From an uncultured Christensenellaceae bacterium (GTDB lineage Bacteria; Bacillota; Clostridia; Christensenellales; CAG-1252): 64,000 bases of DNA. Shown here piece after piece: positions 15,870 to 23,942 of this stretch. A program made the translations under genes and the position numbers. Under the pieces are notes generated by a model. That model did no database searches, was not told the origin of the DNA, and was given only the letters and a program-made list of their open reading frames with translations. Positions within the stretch are counted from its first letter, which is position 1; every line of letters starts with the position of its first letter. The stretch lies in assembly GCA_964391805.1 (NCBI GenBank), contig CAYMNK010000002.1, positions 19,671 through 83,670 of the forward strand, written 5' to 3'.

Positions 15870-15951
15870 GCGCCTGTGGCGGAATGGCAGACGCGCTAGA
15901 CTTAGGATCTAGTGTTCACACGTGGAGGTTCAAGTCCTCTCAGGCGCACCA
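15870..15951 (+). tRNA. tRNA-Leu (TAG), long variable arm
   Basis: Acceptor GCGCCTG/CAGGCGC, anticodon arm CTAGA-CTTAGGA-TCTAG, variable arm, T-loop GGTTCAAGTCC, CCA encoded. Confidence 0.9.
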
Positions 15952-15960
15952 CAGGAAAAA

Positions 15961-15988
15961 ACGACAAGTTTCGGCTTGTCGTTTTTTT
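15961..15988 (+). terminator. Intrinsic terminator after the tRNA cluster
   Basis: ACGACAAG-TTTCGG-CTTGTCGT followed by T7. Confidence 0.85.
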
Positions 15989-16091
15989 AATTAAATTCGC
16001 TTTCGCAGAATAAATCCACTAACGTGGATGAAATCGCTATGCGATGAAATCTTGCTTTGCTTGGGTTAGGATAAATTGTAGTCTTTTGATT

Positions 16092-16562
16092 TTAGTCTTT
16101 TAAGTCGTTGGTAAACATTACCTTAACGGTATGTTCGGGATGTTTTAATTCTTCTTTGAAAAATTCAGGATATGCTTTTACATCGTCGTCCATCGATACC
16201 CAGTGATAATATTGCTGATCGCCGTCACCGGTGCAGTCACAAGTTTGAGGTTCGAAATCAGCGGGAACTTTCATGTAGTAGAAAAATGATAATTCGTGCA
16301 CTCTACCCTTCTTTTCAAGGTTGAAAAAGTTTTGATGAATAAACCCAAGTCTATCTATTTCCATATGTATACCAGTTTCTTCATAAACTTCTCTAACAAC
16401 CGCTTCTTCTGCCGTTTCAAGAAAATGAATTCGTCCCCCTACCGAGTATAGATAATCGGCATTTTTGTTACCTATCATCAAATATTTACCGTTTTTAAGA
16501 ATGATTGCGCCTACTCTAACGTTGAGAATGCCGTCTTCAATGGGTAATGTTAAGTCTTTCAT
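16092..16562 (-). CDS. NUDIX hydrolase
   Basis: Nudix box GGRIHFLETAEEAVVREVYEETGI. Start moved to ATG 16562 (MKDLTLPIEDG), which has AAGGAG 7-8 nt upstream. The longer track ORF start has no SD. Confidence 0.85.
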   Translation of the reverse strand: MKDLTLPIEDGILNVRVGAIILKNGKYLMIGNKNADYLYSVGGRIHFLETAEEAVVREVYEETGIHMEIDRLGFIHQNFFNLEKKGRVHELSFFYYMKVPADFEPQTCDCTGDGDQQYYHWVSMDDDVKAYPEFFKEELKHPEHTVKVMFTNDLKD

Positions 16563-16643
16563 TAGAATTCTCCTTAATGCGTAATACATTTGTTATAGGG
16601 TTAACAAATAGAAAATGCAACATTGTTGATATTATTTTTAAAA

Positions 16644-16714
16644 GCGGATTTAGATACCGACGCGTTGCGTCGCCCTATCGGGTTCGACTTCGCTTACGCT
16701 CCGCTCAGTATGAC
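16644..16714 (+). repeat. Rep-1 mosaic intergenic repeat, copy b (reference copy)
   Basis: GCGGATTTAGATACCGACGCGTTGCGTCGCCCTATCGGGTTCGACTTCGCTTACGCTCCGCTCAGTATGAC. Confidence 0.8.
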
Positions 16715-16875
16715 ATAATTGAAGCTATCGCTTACCTTGATATGGATAGGACGTTTACTAAACGCCCCTTGTATAATAAGTCAAGTGGTTTATGGGTGAA
16801 AAATATGATATAATATTTATAACATTGTGGATTGGTTAACGCCCCGATGCAATATTTAATTGTCGTTGTTCTTAC

Positions 16876-16908
16876 AAAAAAAAACGGCGTAGTGATTTCC
16901 ACTACGCC
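16876..16908 (-). terminator. Intrinsic terminator of rplS
   Basis: Minus strand: GGCGTAGTG-GAAAT-CACTACGCC(G) followed by T9. Confidence 0.85.
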
Positions 16909-16915
16909 TAATAAA

Positions 16916-17338
16916 CTACTTTGATTTCTTGTAAACGGTCTTTGCGGGACGAACCTTAGCAGCCTTACCTGTCTTATCACGGAGATAATACAATTTAGCT
17001 CTTCTAACAAAACCTTTACGAACAACCTTGATGTCCTTGATTAACGGGCTGTTGAGTAGGAATGTCTTCTCTACGCCTACACCTGCAGCAATCTTACGTA
17101 CGGTAATGGTCTCGTGTAAGCCCTTATTTTTACGAGCGATCAAAACACCTTCGTAAACCTGTTGTTTAATAGCAACGGTTTCGGTCTTAGCTGCGTGTTG
17201 GTTCTTAGAACCGCCGGCTGCCGTACCTGTACGGGTAACTTCCTTGATCTCAAGGGTTAAACGAAGTGTATCACCAATGTTAAACTCGGGGATATCTTTT
17301 CTAATTTGTTCTTGTTCAATAATATCAATAACGTTCAT
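16916..17338 (-). CDS. rplS: 50S ribosomal protein L19 (with ~20-aa internal insertion)
   Basis: [43 protein letters not shown], and [25 protein letters not shown]. The insertion is [26 protein letters not shown]. Confidence 0.93.
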   Translation of the reverse strand: MNVIDIIEQEQIRKDIPEFNIGDTLRLTLEIKEVTRTGTAAGGSKNQHAAKTETVAIKQQVYEGVLIARKNKGLHETITVRKIAAGVGVEKTFLLNSPLIKDIKVVRKGFVRRAKLYYLRDKTGKAAKVRPAKTVYKKSK

Positions 17339-17415
17339 GACTTAACCTCCATATATTTTTAGCGAAATGTTCGTGTTTTACTCAATAAAACATTGGACCA
17401 TCCGAAGTCTTGAAT

Positions 17416-17444
17416 ATAATAACATAATTTAATTTTATTGGCAA
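17416..17444 (-). promoter_or_regulatory. Promoter TTGCCA-17-TGtTATTAT for rplS (followed by ~80-nt structured leader)
   Basis: Minus strand: -35 at 17444-17439, -10 at 17421-17416. The leader contains hairpin GTTTTA-TTGAG-TAAAAC. Whether it matches the known L19 leader RNA could not be checked. Confidence 0.5.
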
Positions 17445-17470
17445 GCGTTTTTTACATCTTTTTAACGCTT

Positions 17471-17845
17471 TTACCAATGTTTTTTTCTTCCGGCGTCCTG
17501 CTTGGTGAATGCATTCTTTATATGCTCCTTCACTTCATCGGCACCGACTATCAAAATGTCGAATCTGCACAAGCAGTCACTCATTTTCTTTCGTAATAAG
17601 TATAATTCGGCGGTTTTTATTATACGGCTGATTTTTTCGGGAGTAACGCTTTCTAATCCGTTACCGTATTTATTACCCGTTCTACGTTTGACCTCAACAA
17701 ATACTATCACATTCTTAATGCGTGATATGATATCGATTTCACCGCTCTTTTCGGTGTAATTCCTTTCCAATATGCGATAGCCTTGCTGTTCTAAATATTC
17801 AATGGCTATTTGCTCGCCTAATATTCCTTCCGCTCTCGTAATCAT
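17471..17845 (-). CDS. yraN: YraN family (UPF0102) endonuclease-like protein
   Basis: GEIDIIS...VFVEVKRR and RFDIL motifs, 124 aa, immediately after rnhB. Confidence 0.85.
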   Translation of the reverse strand: MITRAEGILGEQIAIEYLEQQGYRILERNYTEKSGEIDIISRIKNVIVFVEVKRRTGNKYGNGLESVTPEKISRIIKTAELYLLRKKMSDCLCRFDILIVGADEVKEHIKNAFTKQDAGRKKHW

Positions 17846-17847
17846 AA

Positions 17848-18459
17848 TTAAACGAATTTCTTAATAAATGTTTTTCTATGTATGGGTGTGGCGCCACGCT
17901 CTTTCAATGCGTTAATATGTTCGGCTGTTCCGTACCCCTTATTACGATCAAATCCGTATTCGGGATAGGTTTGAGCATATTCATTCATCAGTCTATCTCT
18001 GTACACCTTAGCAATAATGCTTGCACAAGATATATTGTAGCTTCGCTGATCACCCTTAATTATAGATACCGTCTTCATAGGAACATCGAGTTTGACTGCA
18101 TCGATTAATACAACTTCGGGAGTTATTTGCATTCCCACGATAGATTGTTTCATAGCAAGTTTAGTTGCCTCTAATATATTGATTTCATCAATCGTCTTTT
18201 CGTCAATACAAACGATATTATAGCAAACGGCTTTTTCTAAAATAAGAGGATATAACTTTTCTCTCTTTTTTTCGGAAAGCTTTTTACTATCGTCTACGCC
18301 CTCTATCAATTCATCGGTAGGCATAATGACACATGCAACAACCACAGGACCCGCTAAGGGACCTCGTCCGACTTCGTCAACTCCGGCTATCAACGTGTAG
18401 CCCAATCCTTGCTCAATCTTTTCAAATTCTAACGTATCGTATAATTTTTTCTTAGCCAT
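17848..18459 (-). CDS. rnhB: Ribonuclease HII
   Basis: GVDEVGRGPLAGPVVVA, DSKKLS, and GYGT..H motifs. Confidence 0.95.
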   Translation of the reverse strand: MAKKKLYDTLEFEKIEQGLGYTLIAGVDEVGRGPLAGPVVVACVIMPTDELIEGVDDSKKLSEKKREKLYPLILEKAVCYNIVCIDEKTIDEINILEATKLAMKQSIVGMQITPEVVLIDAVKLDVPMKTVSIIKGDQRSYNISCASIIAKVYRDRLMNEYAQTYPEYGFDRNKGYGTAEHINALKERGATPIHRKTFIKKFV

Positions 18460-18460
18460 A

Positions 18461-19309
18461 TTATTCCTTATCGTCGGGCATTTCGAGTATTATTTTACCT
18501 AATCTACCCTTTCTAAAGTCATCCATTACACAGTTAGCTGTTCTCGTATAATCGATTTCTCTACCTTTCAGCACAAATCCACGAGATTTCGCTATAGCAT
18601 CGAATACGTCGAGTCCCGATTCTGTCTCCTCTATCTTATACCTTTCGGCAAGTGTACCGGGGTATTTCGACAAGCAATACTCGATAAATTTAAGAGCAAG
18701 TCCTTCCATATCGAGTACGGCATCTCTGATACTACCTAAAAATGCAAGATTGAGTGCAGTGCGTTCAACCTTTATACTGTGGCAAAGCGTACCCGGAGTA
18801 TCGAGAAGAACCATATTATTGGCTAATCTTATCCATTGTTCACTTCTGGTAACACCGGGCTTATTACCTGTAATTGTCTTTTTATCCTTGGCTAAACTAT
18901 TGATAAGGGTGGATTTACCTGTGTTTGGCATACCGATTACCATCGCTTTCGGCGAATAATTTACGCCCTTATCCGAATTACGCTTTAGTTTTTCCATATT
19001 GACCTCGGTCAATGCAGATAAAATAGTAGAAACGTTTTTACCCGATATAGATGACGAATAGACGACCTTTTTGCCCTCTAATGTGAAGTAATCTATCCAC
19101 TTATTGACAGCGTTTTGATTGACAAGGTCCGACTTATTGAGCACATACAAAACGGGGCGATTCTTTATAATCGCTTCGAATTCGGGATTGATGCACGAAT
19201 AAGGTGCGCGTGCATCTAACATGTAGATTACGCAATCCACCTTTTGAATGCTCTTTTCCATTGCTCTCAAGGCTTTGGTCATATGCCCGGGGAACCATTG
19301 TATCAACAT
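18461..19309 (-). CDS. rbgA: Ribosome biogenesis GTPase A (YlqF/RbgA)
   Basis: QWFPGHMTKA, circularly permuted GTPase motifs NKSDL and GMPNTGKSTLIN, and DTPG. Confidence 0.93.
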   Translation of the reverse strand: MLIQWFPGHMTKALRAMEKSIQKVDCVIYMLDARAPYSCINPEFEAIIKNRPVLYVLNKSDLVNQNAVNKWIDYFTLEGKKVVYSSSISGKNVSTILSALTEVNMEKLKRNSDKGVNYSPKAMVIGMPNTGKSTLINSLAKDKKTITGNKPGVTRSEQWIRLANNMVLLDTPGTLCHSIKVERTALNLAFLGSIRDAVLDMEGLALKFIEYCLSKYPGTLAERYKIEETESGLDVFDAIAKSRGFVLKGREIDYTRTANCVMDDFRKGRLGKIILEMPDDKE

Positions 19310-19311
19310 AA

Positions 19312-19998
19312 TTACTTCTTCTCCTTGTACTTATTATATAAATCGGGTCTACGTTCCTTAGTTATTTCAAGCGCCTTGTTCAAACGCCATTCGTTAATTT
19401 TAGCGTGATTACCGTTGAGCAATACTTCGGGAACAACAGAACCATTAAAATCGGCAGGACGAGTATATTGAGGGTATTCGAGTAGTCCTGTAGAAAATGA
19501 TTCGTCTACATCACTCTCTTTACTACCTAAAACACCGTCTACATGCCTTGACAATGTATTGATAACAACCATTGCGGGAAGCTCGCCTCCTGTCAAAACA
19601 TAGTCGCCGATACTCATTTCCTCGTCTATGCATAACTCTATTATTCTCTCGTCAATTCCCTCATAAGAACCACATAACAGTATTATCCAATCTTCCTGAG
19701 ATAATTCAACCGAAATTTCGTGATTTAACGTACGTCCTCTGGGGGACATATAGATACGTTTCGCCTTATGATCGGGATCGATACTCTGTATACAGTCATA
19801 GATGGGCTGTACAGTCATAACCATACCCAATCCACCGCCGAACGGATAATCATCGGTGCGGTGATGCTTATCAGTGGAATAATCACGAATATTCCATACG
19901 TTAACGGTCAGGCATTCCTTATGCAATGCTTTACCTAATACACCGCTATCCAATGCTTGAAACATCTCGGGAAAAATCGTCAATACGTCAATTCTCAT
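19312..19998 (-). CDS. trmD: tRNA (guanine37-N1)-methyltransferase
   Basis: MRIDVLTIFPEMF, DDYPFGGGLGMVM and GRYEGIDERI-like motifs. Confidence 0.95.
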   Translation of the reverse strand: MRIDVLTIFPEMFQALDSGVLGKALHKECLTVNVWNIRDYSTDKHHRTDDYPFGGGLGMVMTVQPIYDCIQSIDPDHKAKRIYMSPRGRTLNHEISVELSQEDWIILLCGSYEGIDERIIELCIDEEMSIGDYVLTGGELPAMVVINTLSRHVDGVLGSKESDVDESFSTGLLEYPQYTRPADFNGSVVPEVLLNGNHAKINEWRLNKALEITKERRPDLYNKYKEKK

Positions 19999-20488
19999 AA
20001 CAAACGACCTGCTTGAACACTTCGGGATCTAAAACCATAATTCCTTTATCGGTATCGATAGAAAGCACAAGTTTTTTGAGGAAAGGAACCATAAACGACT
20101 TATCGCCTTTAACGGAAAAAGCATCTACTCCGCCCGTCTTGATAACCTCTTTAAGTACACCGACTTCTTCGTCGGCAACGTACACGGTCAATCCCTCTAA
20201 TTCGACTATAAAATAACCGTCTCTAAACGGCTCAGCCTCTTCTAACGGAATAAAGACTTTTTTCTTACGGTAGGTCTCGGCAACATCTCTATCGCTTACG
20301 CCTTTTAACAAAAGAAATACGCCTGAGCCGTCATGACGCGCTCCGACGATTTCCTTATGTTGTCTGTCAATTATGACTGCCTTTAAGCTCTTATAGGCGT
20401 TCAACTTTTCCATATACGGAATCATTTTGACTTCGCCTTTGATGCCTTGGGGCTTAACTATTTCACCGATTTCTAATAGCTTTTTCAA
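19988..20488 (-). CDS. rimM: 16S rRNA processing protein RimM
   Basis: IGEIVKPQGIKGEVK N-terminus and PRC-barrel-like C-terminus. Overlaps trmD by 11 nt. Confidence 0.9.
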   Translation of the reverse strand: MKKLLEIGEIVKPQGIKGEVKMIPYMEKLNAYKSLKAVIIDRQHKEIVGARHDGSGVFLLLKGVSDRDVAETYRKKKVFIPLEEAEPFRDGYFIVELEGLTVYVADEEVGVLKEVIKTGGVDAFSVKGDKSFMVPFLKKLVLSIDTDKGIMVLDPEVFKQVVCYEN

Positions 20489-20715
20489 TCTCTCTCCAAT
20501 ATATCAACGTCGTAACGATGGTTGATCTTACTTGCAGATGCACGTACTATCGTGCGGATAGCTCTGGCAATTTTACCCGATTTACCGATAACCTTACCTA
20601 TATCCTCTTTATTGATATGCAAGTAGATTTTACGCTCTTTTTCGTTGACGTTGACGTCAAATTCCTTATCTTCTCCGATAAGTGAACCGACTATATAACG
20701 AACTAAATCTTCCAT
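20485..20715 (-). CDS. KH-domain RNA-binding protein (YlqC-like)
   Basis: 76 aa with KH motif IGKVIGKSGKIARAIRTI. Conserved position between rpsP and rimM. Confidence 0.88.
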   Translation of the reverse strand: MEDLVRYIVGSLIGEDKEFDVNVNEKERKIYLHINKEDIGKVIGKSGKIARAIRTIVRASASKINHRYDVDILERD

Positions 20716-20717
20716 TA

Positions 20718-20981
20718 CTATTTAGCCTTGATGATACCTGCTTTGCGGAATAAATCTCTTACGGTATCGGTGGGTTGTGCGCCGTTTGCAAGCCACTTAT
20801 TAGCAAGAGCCTCGTCAATCTTTACTACAGCTTCGGTGTCCTCGTTGTTCTTTCCACGGGGTTGATAGATACCGATTTGCTCGATGTATTCGCTGTCACG
20901 TGCTTTTCTTGCATCCATAGCTACGATACGGTAGCATGCATTCTTCTTAGAACCCATTCTTGTAAGTCTGATTTTAACCAT
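20718..20981 (-). CDS. rpsP: 30S ribosomal protein S16
   Basis: [29 protein letters not shown]. Start set to ATG 20981, which has GGAGG 8 nt upstream. The 5-codon upstream extension in the track is unsupported. Confidence 0.93.
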   Translation of the reverse strand: MVKIRLTRMGSKKNACYRIVAMDARKARDSEYIEQIGIYQPRGKNNEDTEAVVKIDEALANKWLANGAQPTDTVRDLFRKAGIIKAK

Positions 20982-21052
20982 TGTATTTACCTCCAAATGA
21001 TGTATGTTTATTTATTTTTTCTTTATTATTTTATCAATATATTATTTAGCGA

Positions 21053-22369
21053 TTAAAACGGGAAAGGTCTTTTACCTCTCGACATCTTCTTCATCATATC
21101 GCGCGCCGCCATGAATTGCTTCAAAAGTTGATTCAAATCTTGTATGGTGGTACCGCTACCCTGACAAATACGCTTTTTACGATTGGCCTTGATTATATCG
21201 GGATTAGCCCTCTCTTCGGGTGTCATCGATAGAATCATCGCTCTAACCTTTTTCATGTAATCTTCGTTAACCGAAACGTCTTGCCCTCTGAGTTTATTAC
21301 CCATGCCGGGGATCATATTCATCATATCGCCGAGATTACCCATCTTTTTGAGCTTATCCATTTGTTCCAAATAATCTTGAAGATCAAATGATGCTGTGCG
21401 CATTTTTTGAGCCATCTTTTTGGCCTCGTCCTCGGTATACGCCTGTTCCGCTTTTTCGATGAGCGTCAGTACGTCGCCCATTCCAAGAATTCTCGATGCC
21501 ATTCTATCGGGATAGAAAGGCTCTAATTCGTGCATTTTCTCGCCGACGGAACAGAATTTTATAGGTTTTCCCGTAACCGCTTTTACCGACAGCGCCGCAC
21601 CGCCTCTCGTATCACCGTCAAGTTTGGATAACACTACACCGGTGATATCTAATTGACGGTTAAACTCGCTCGATACATTGACTGCTTCTTGACCTAAAGT
21701 GGAATCGATTACCAACAAAATTTCGGTCGGATCGAGTATTTCTTTTAGATCTCTCAATTCCTTCATCAATGGTTCGTCAATTTGAAGTCTACCTGCTGTA
21801 TCGACGATCATTACATCGATCATCTTACTTCTACAATACTCGAGAGCTTCTTTGACGGTCTTTTGAGGTGCTTGTTTACCTTTTTCAAAGACTTCTACGC
21901 CCGCTGTTTGACCAACTCGTTGTAATTGAGTAATTGCGGCAGGTCTATAGATATCGCATGCAACCAAAAGCGCCTTTTTGTTTTGCTTAGCAAACATATG
22001 TCCGAGCTTACCACACATAGTGGTCTTACCGCTACCTTGTAAACCGCACATCATGATAACTGTAGGCAACTTATCGGAGACTGCAAGCTTACTACGTTCG
22101 CTACCCATCAAAGCTATCAACTCTTCATTAACGATCTTGATAACTTGCTGTGCAGGAGATAATGATTTGAGTATATCCTCACCAACTGCTTTTTCGCTAA
22201 CTTTCGCTATAAAATCCTTAACGACATTGAAATTGACGTCGGCAGATAATAAGGCTACTCTAACCTCTCTCATCGCTTGTTTAATTTCAAGTTCGGTCAA
22301 GGCACCCTTATTTTTAAGCTTTGAAAATATGTGATTCAGTTTCTCGCTTAAGCCTTCGAATACTGCCAT
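21053..22369 (-). CDS. ffh: Signal recognition particle protein Ffh
   Basis: N/G domain GLQGSGKTT, DTAGR, TKLDGD-like SKLDGDTRGGAALS, and a Met-rich M domain. Confidence 0.97.
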   Translation of the reverse strand: MAVFEGLSEKLNHIFSKLKNKGALTELEIKQAMREVRVALLSADVNFNVVKDFIAKVSEKAVGEDILKSLSPAQQVIKIVNEELIALMGSERSKLAVSDKLPTVIMMCGLQGSGKTTMCGKLGHMFAKQNKKALLVACDIYRPAAITQLQRVGQTAGVEVFEKGKQAPQKTVKEALEYCRSKMIDVMIVDTAGRLQIDEPLMKELRDLKEILDPTEILLVIDSTLGQEAVNVSSEFNRQLDITGVVLSKLDGDTRGGAALSVKAVTGKPIKFCSVGEKMHELEPFYPDRMASRILGMGDVLTLIEKAEQAYTEDEAKKMAQKMRTASFDLQDYLEQMDKLKKMGNLGDMMNMIPGMGNKLRGQDVSVNEDYMKKVRAMILSMTPEERANPDIIKANRKKRICQGSGTTIQDLNQLLKQFMAARDMMKKMSRGKRPFPF

Positions 22370-22372
22370 TAG

Positions 22373-22681
22373 CTACTCCTCCAATATTTTGCGAATCTCC
22401 TCGATTGCCTTGTCGTTTCCGTCTTTGGAATACGCCACTTCCATTAATCTACGCTTGAATCGTACTATACCGAGTTTATCCTCATAGTTTTCTAAAGATG
22501 CTTTACCGTGTGAAATATGATCTCTGACACCTTGTCTCGAAATACCGGTTTGTTCGGATATCTCATTAAGTGATAGATCCATACAGCAATATAATTCAAT
22601 CATATCGTGCTGTTTATCCGTCAATAAACTTCCATATTCCTCAAAAAGATCTGATAGTTCAATTCGTTCTTGTATATTCAT
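22373..22681 (-). CDS. ylxM: YlxM/p13-like HTH protein (SRP operon)
   Basis: LFEEYGSLLTDKQHDMIELYCCMDLSLNEISEQTGISRQGVRDHI. The track start at 22687 is GTG. ATG 22681 is preceded by AGGTGAT. Confidence 0.88.
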   Translation of the reverse strand: MNIQERIELSDLFEEYGSLLTDKQHDMIELYCCMDLSLNEISEQTGISRQGVRDHISHGKASLENYEDKLGIVRFKRRLMEVAYSKDGNDKAIEEIRKILEE

Positions 22682-22710
22682 AATCACCTGTAAAGTCTTT
22701 TTACTTTACA

Positions 22711-22739
22711 AGTATAAAACAATAAGAGGTTTTTGTCAA
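22711..22739 (-). promoter_or_regulatory. Promoter TTGACA-17-TATACT for the ylxM-ffh-rpsP... operon
   Basis: Minus strand: -35 at 22739-22734, -10 at 22716-22711. Confidence 0.65.
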
Positions 22740-22821
22740 CGGTTTTTTAGTCAATTCAACATTTTTATCATAGTTTTTTCAATATTCTCATATCATTTAC
22801 CAAAAAGACAAGGAGTAAATT

Positions 22822-23499
22822 ATGAAAAAAAATATTGTTTTGTGTTTAATAGCCTTGGTGGCAGTTATAATGACGATTTGCACATCTTGTAAACCAAGTG
22901 AAACGGTAGAACCCAAAGAAGAAAATAACATAAGTTACATTCAAACATCGTTTTATATCGGCGAATGTGCGAACTTTATAGTTAAAATCACCGAAGGAAA
23001 GAAAGAAGTTTTATTTGTAGCGGACGGAAAAACAAATGACTGTAAAGAATTTTCAACCGTTACACTTATTCCCGATTCAACAGATTTATTTAATAATGAC
23101 TATAAATTTACAATAATCGGAGAAAGCGGTAAATTGAGCGGAACTCTTAACAAAGATTCATTCGGAGCTTATTACTATCTCGATATAGATATATCCTCCA
23201 TCGGCAAGCCAAACAAAATAGTCATTTCTTATAATGAGAATAATGAAGAAATCGAATTAACTGATATGCTCGAAAACAAAATCGATGCTATGAATGCTTT
23301 GGAAATCGCAAAGGAAACGCTAAAGTCAAAGCTCGACGCTGACAATAAGGAAAGAGAAATCTATATTCGAATGATTAACAACACCACCGATCCGGATAGT
23401 GCATATTATTGGTATGTAGCATTTATCGCCAACCCTACCGATTACTATGCATGTTTGATCGAGCCAACGAACGGTGATGTAGTGAGTTGCACAAAATAA
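22822..23499 (+). CDS. Secreted protein or putative lipoprotein, unknown function
   Basis: 225 aa with signal-like MKKNIVLCLIALVAVIMTICTSC. AAGGAG lies 6 nt upstream. The C-terminal YWYVAFIANP...GDVVS resembles PepSY-like folds, a weak match. Confidence 0.6.
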   Translation: MKKNIVLCLIALVAVIMTICTSCKPSETVEPKEENNISYIQTSFYIGECANFIVKITEGKKEVLFVADGKTNDCKEFSTVTLIPDSTDLFNNDYKFTIIGESGKLSGTLNKDSFGAYYYLDIDISSIGKPNKIVISYNENNEEIELTDMLENKIDAMNALEIAKETLKSKLDADNKEREIYIRMINNTTDPDSAYYWYVAFIANPTDYYACLIEPTNGDVVSCTK

Positions 23500-23581
23500 A
23501 AACAAAACGATTACGGATTCGTATCTATCTTGAATGTTAGAGATAAAATGAGAATCAAACACCATAGGTGTTTGGAATCTT

Positions 23582-23622
23582 GCGGACGATACGATAAGTT
23601 TTTGCTATCGTATCCGCTTTTT
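23582..23622 (+). terminator. Intrinsic terminator after 22822..23499
   Basis: GCGGA(C)GATACGATA - loop - TATCGTATCCGC followed by TTTTT. Confidence 0.75.
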
Positions 23623-23627
23623 AATAA

Positions 23628-23820
23628 GGATTAAGATACTGCAAGGCAAGCCTTGCACTGCTTCGCAGTTCGACTACAGGACGGTGTCCTTCCGCTCAGT
23701 ATGACGGCGGACGAAGAATGGCATATATTTTATCCATAACATTGCGAAGCAATACATCATTTGCCGTAGGCAAGCATCATTCATCATTATGCAGAGCATA
23801 ACATCATTTACGAAGAAGAA
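23628..23820 (+). repeat. Composite inverted repeat, left arm (Rep-1 copy f at 23628-23712 + mini-hairpin array at 23731-23820)
   Basis: GGATTAAGATACTGCAAGGCAAGCCTTGCACTGCTTCGCAGTTCGACTACAG..CCGCTCAGTATGACGGCGGAC, then TATCCATAACATTGCGAAGCAATACATCATTTGCCGTAGGCAAGCATCATTCATCATTATGCAGAGCATAACATCATT. The reverse complement of 32041-32289 aligns to it. Confidence 0.8.
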
Positions 23821-23865
23821 ACGAGAATCGGTGTGACGGTGGACGAAACCGACTCGGTATTACAT

Positions 23866-23896
23866 AAAAAAGTGCCCGCTATGGGGCATTTTTTTT
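23866..23896 (-). terminator. Bidirectional-looking intrinsic terminator after the 2,224-aa adhesin gene
   Basis: A6-GTGCCC-GCTAT-GGGGCA-T8. On the minus strand the stem is followed by TTTTTT. Confidence 0.65.
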
Positions 23897-23942
23897 ATGA
23901 ATAGGTAATAGTGAAAAGTGAAAATGTTAATTTTCTTATACA

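Noticed and set aside
16547-17025. ORFs 16547..16813(+) and 16732..17025(-) in the NUDIX-rplS gap
   Set aside because: They cross Rep-1 and Rep-2 repeats and the rplS terminator and 3' end. No SD.
23731-23820. CRISPR array interpretation of the mini-hairpin arrays
   Set aside because: The units are about 18 nt with variable stems and short constant spacers, the opposite of constant repeats with unique 30-40-nt spacers. No cas genes are in the window.
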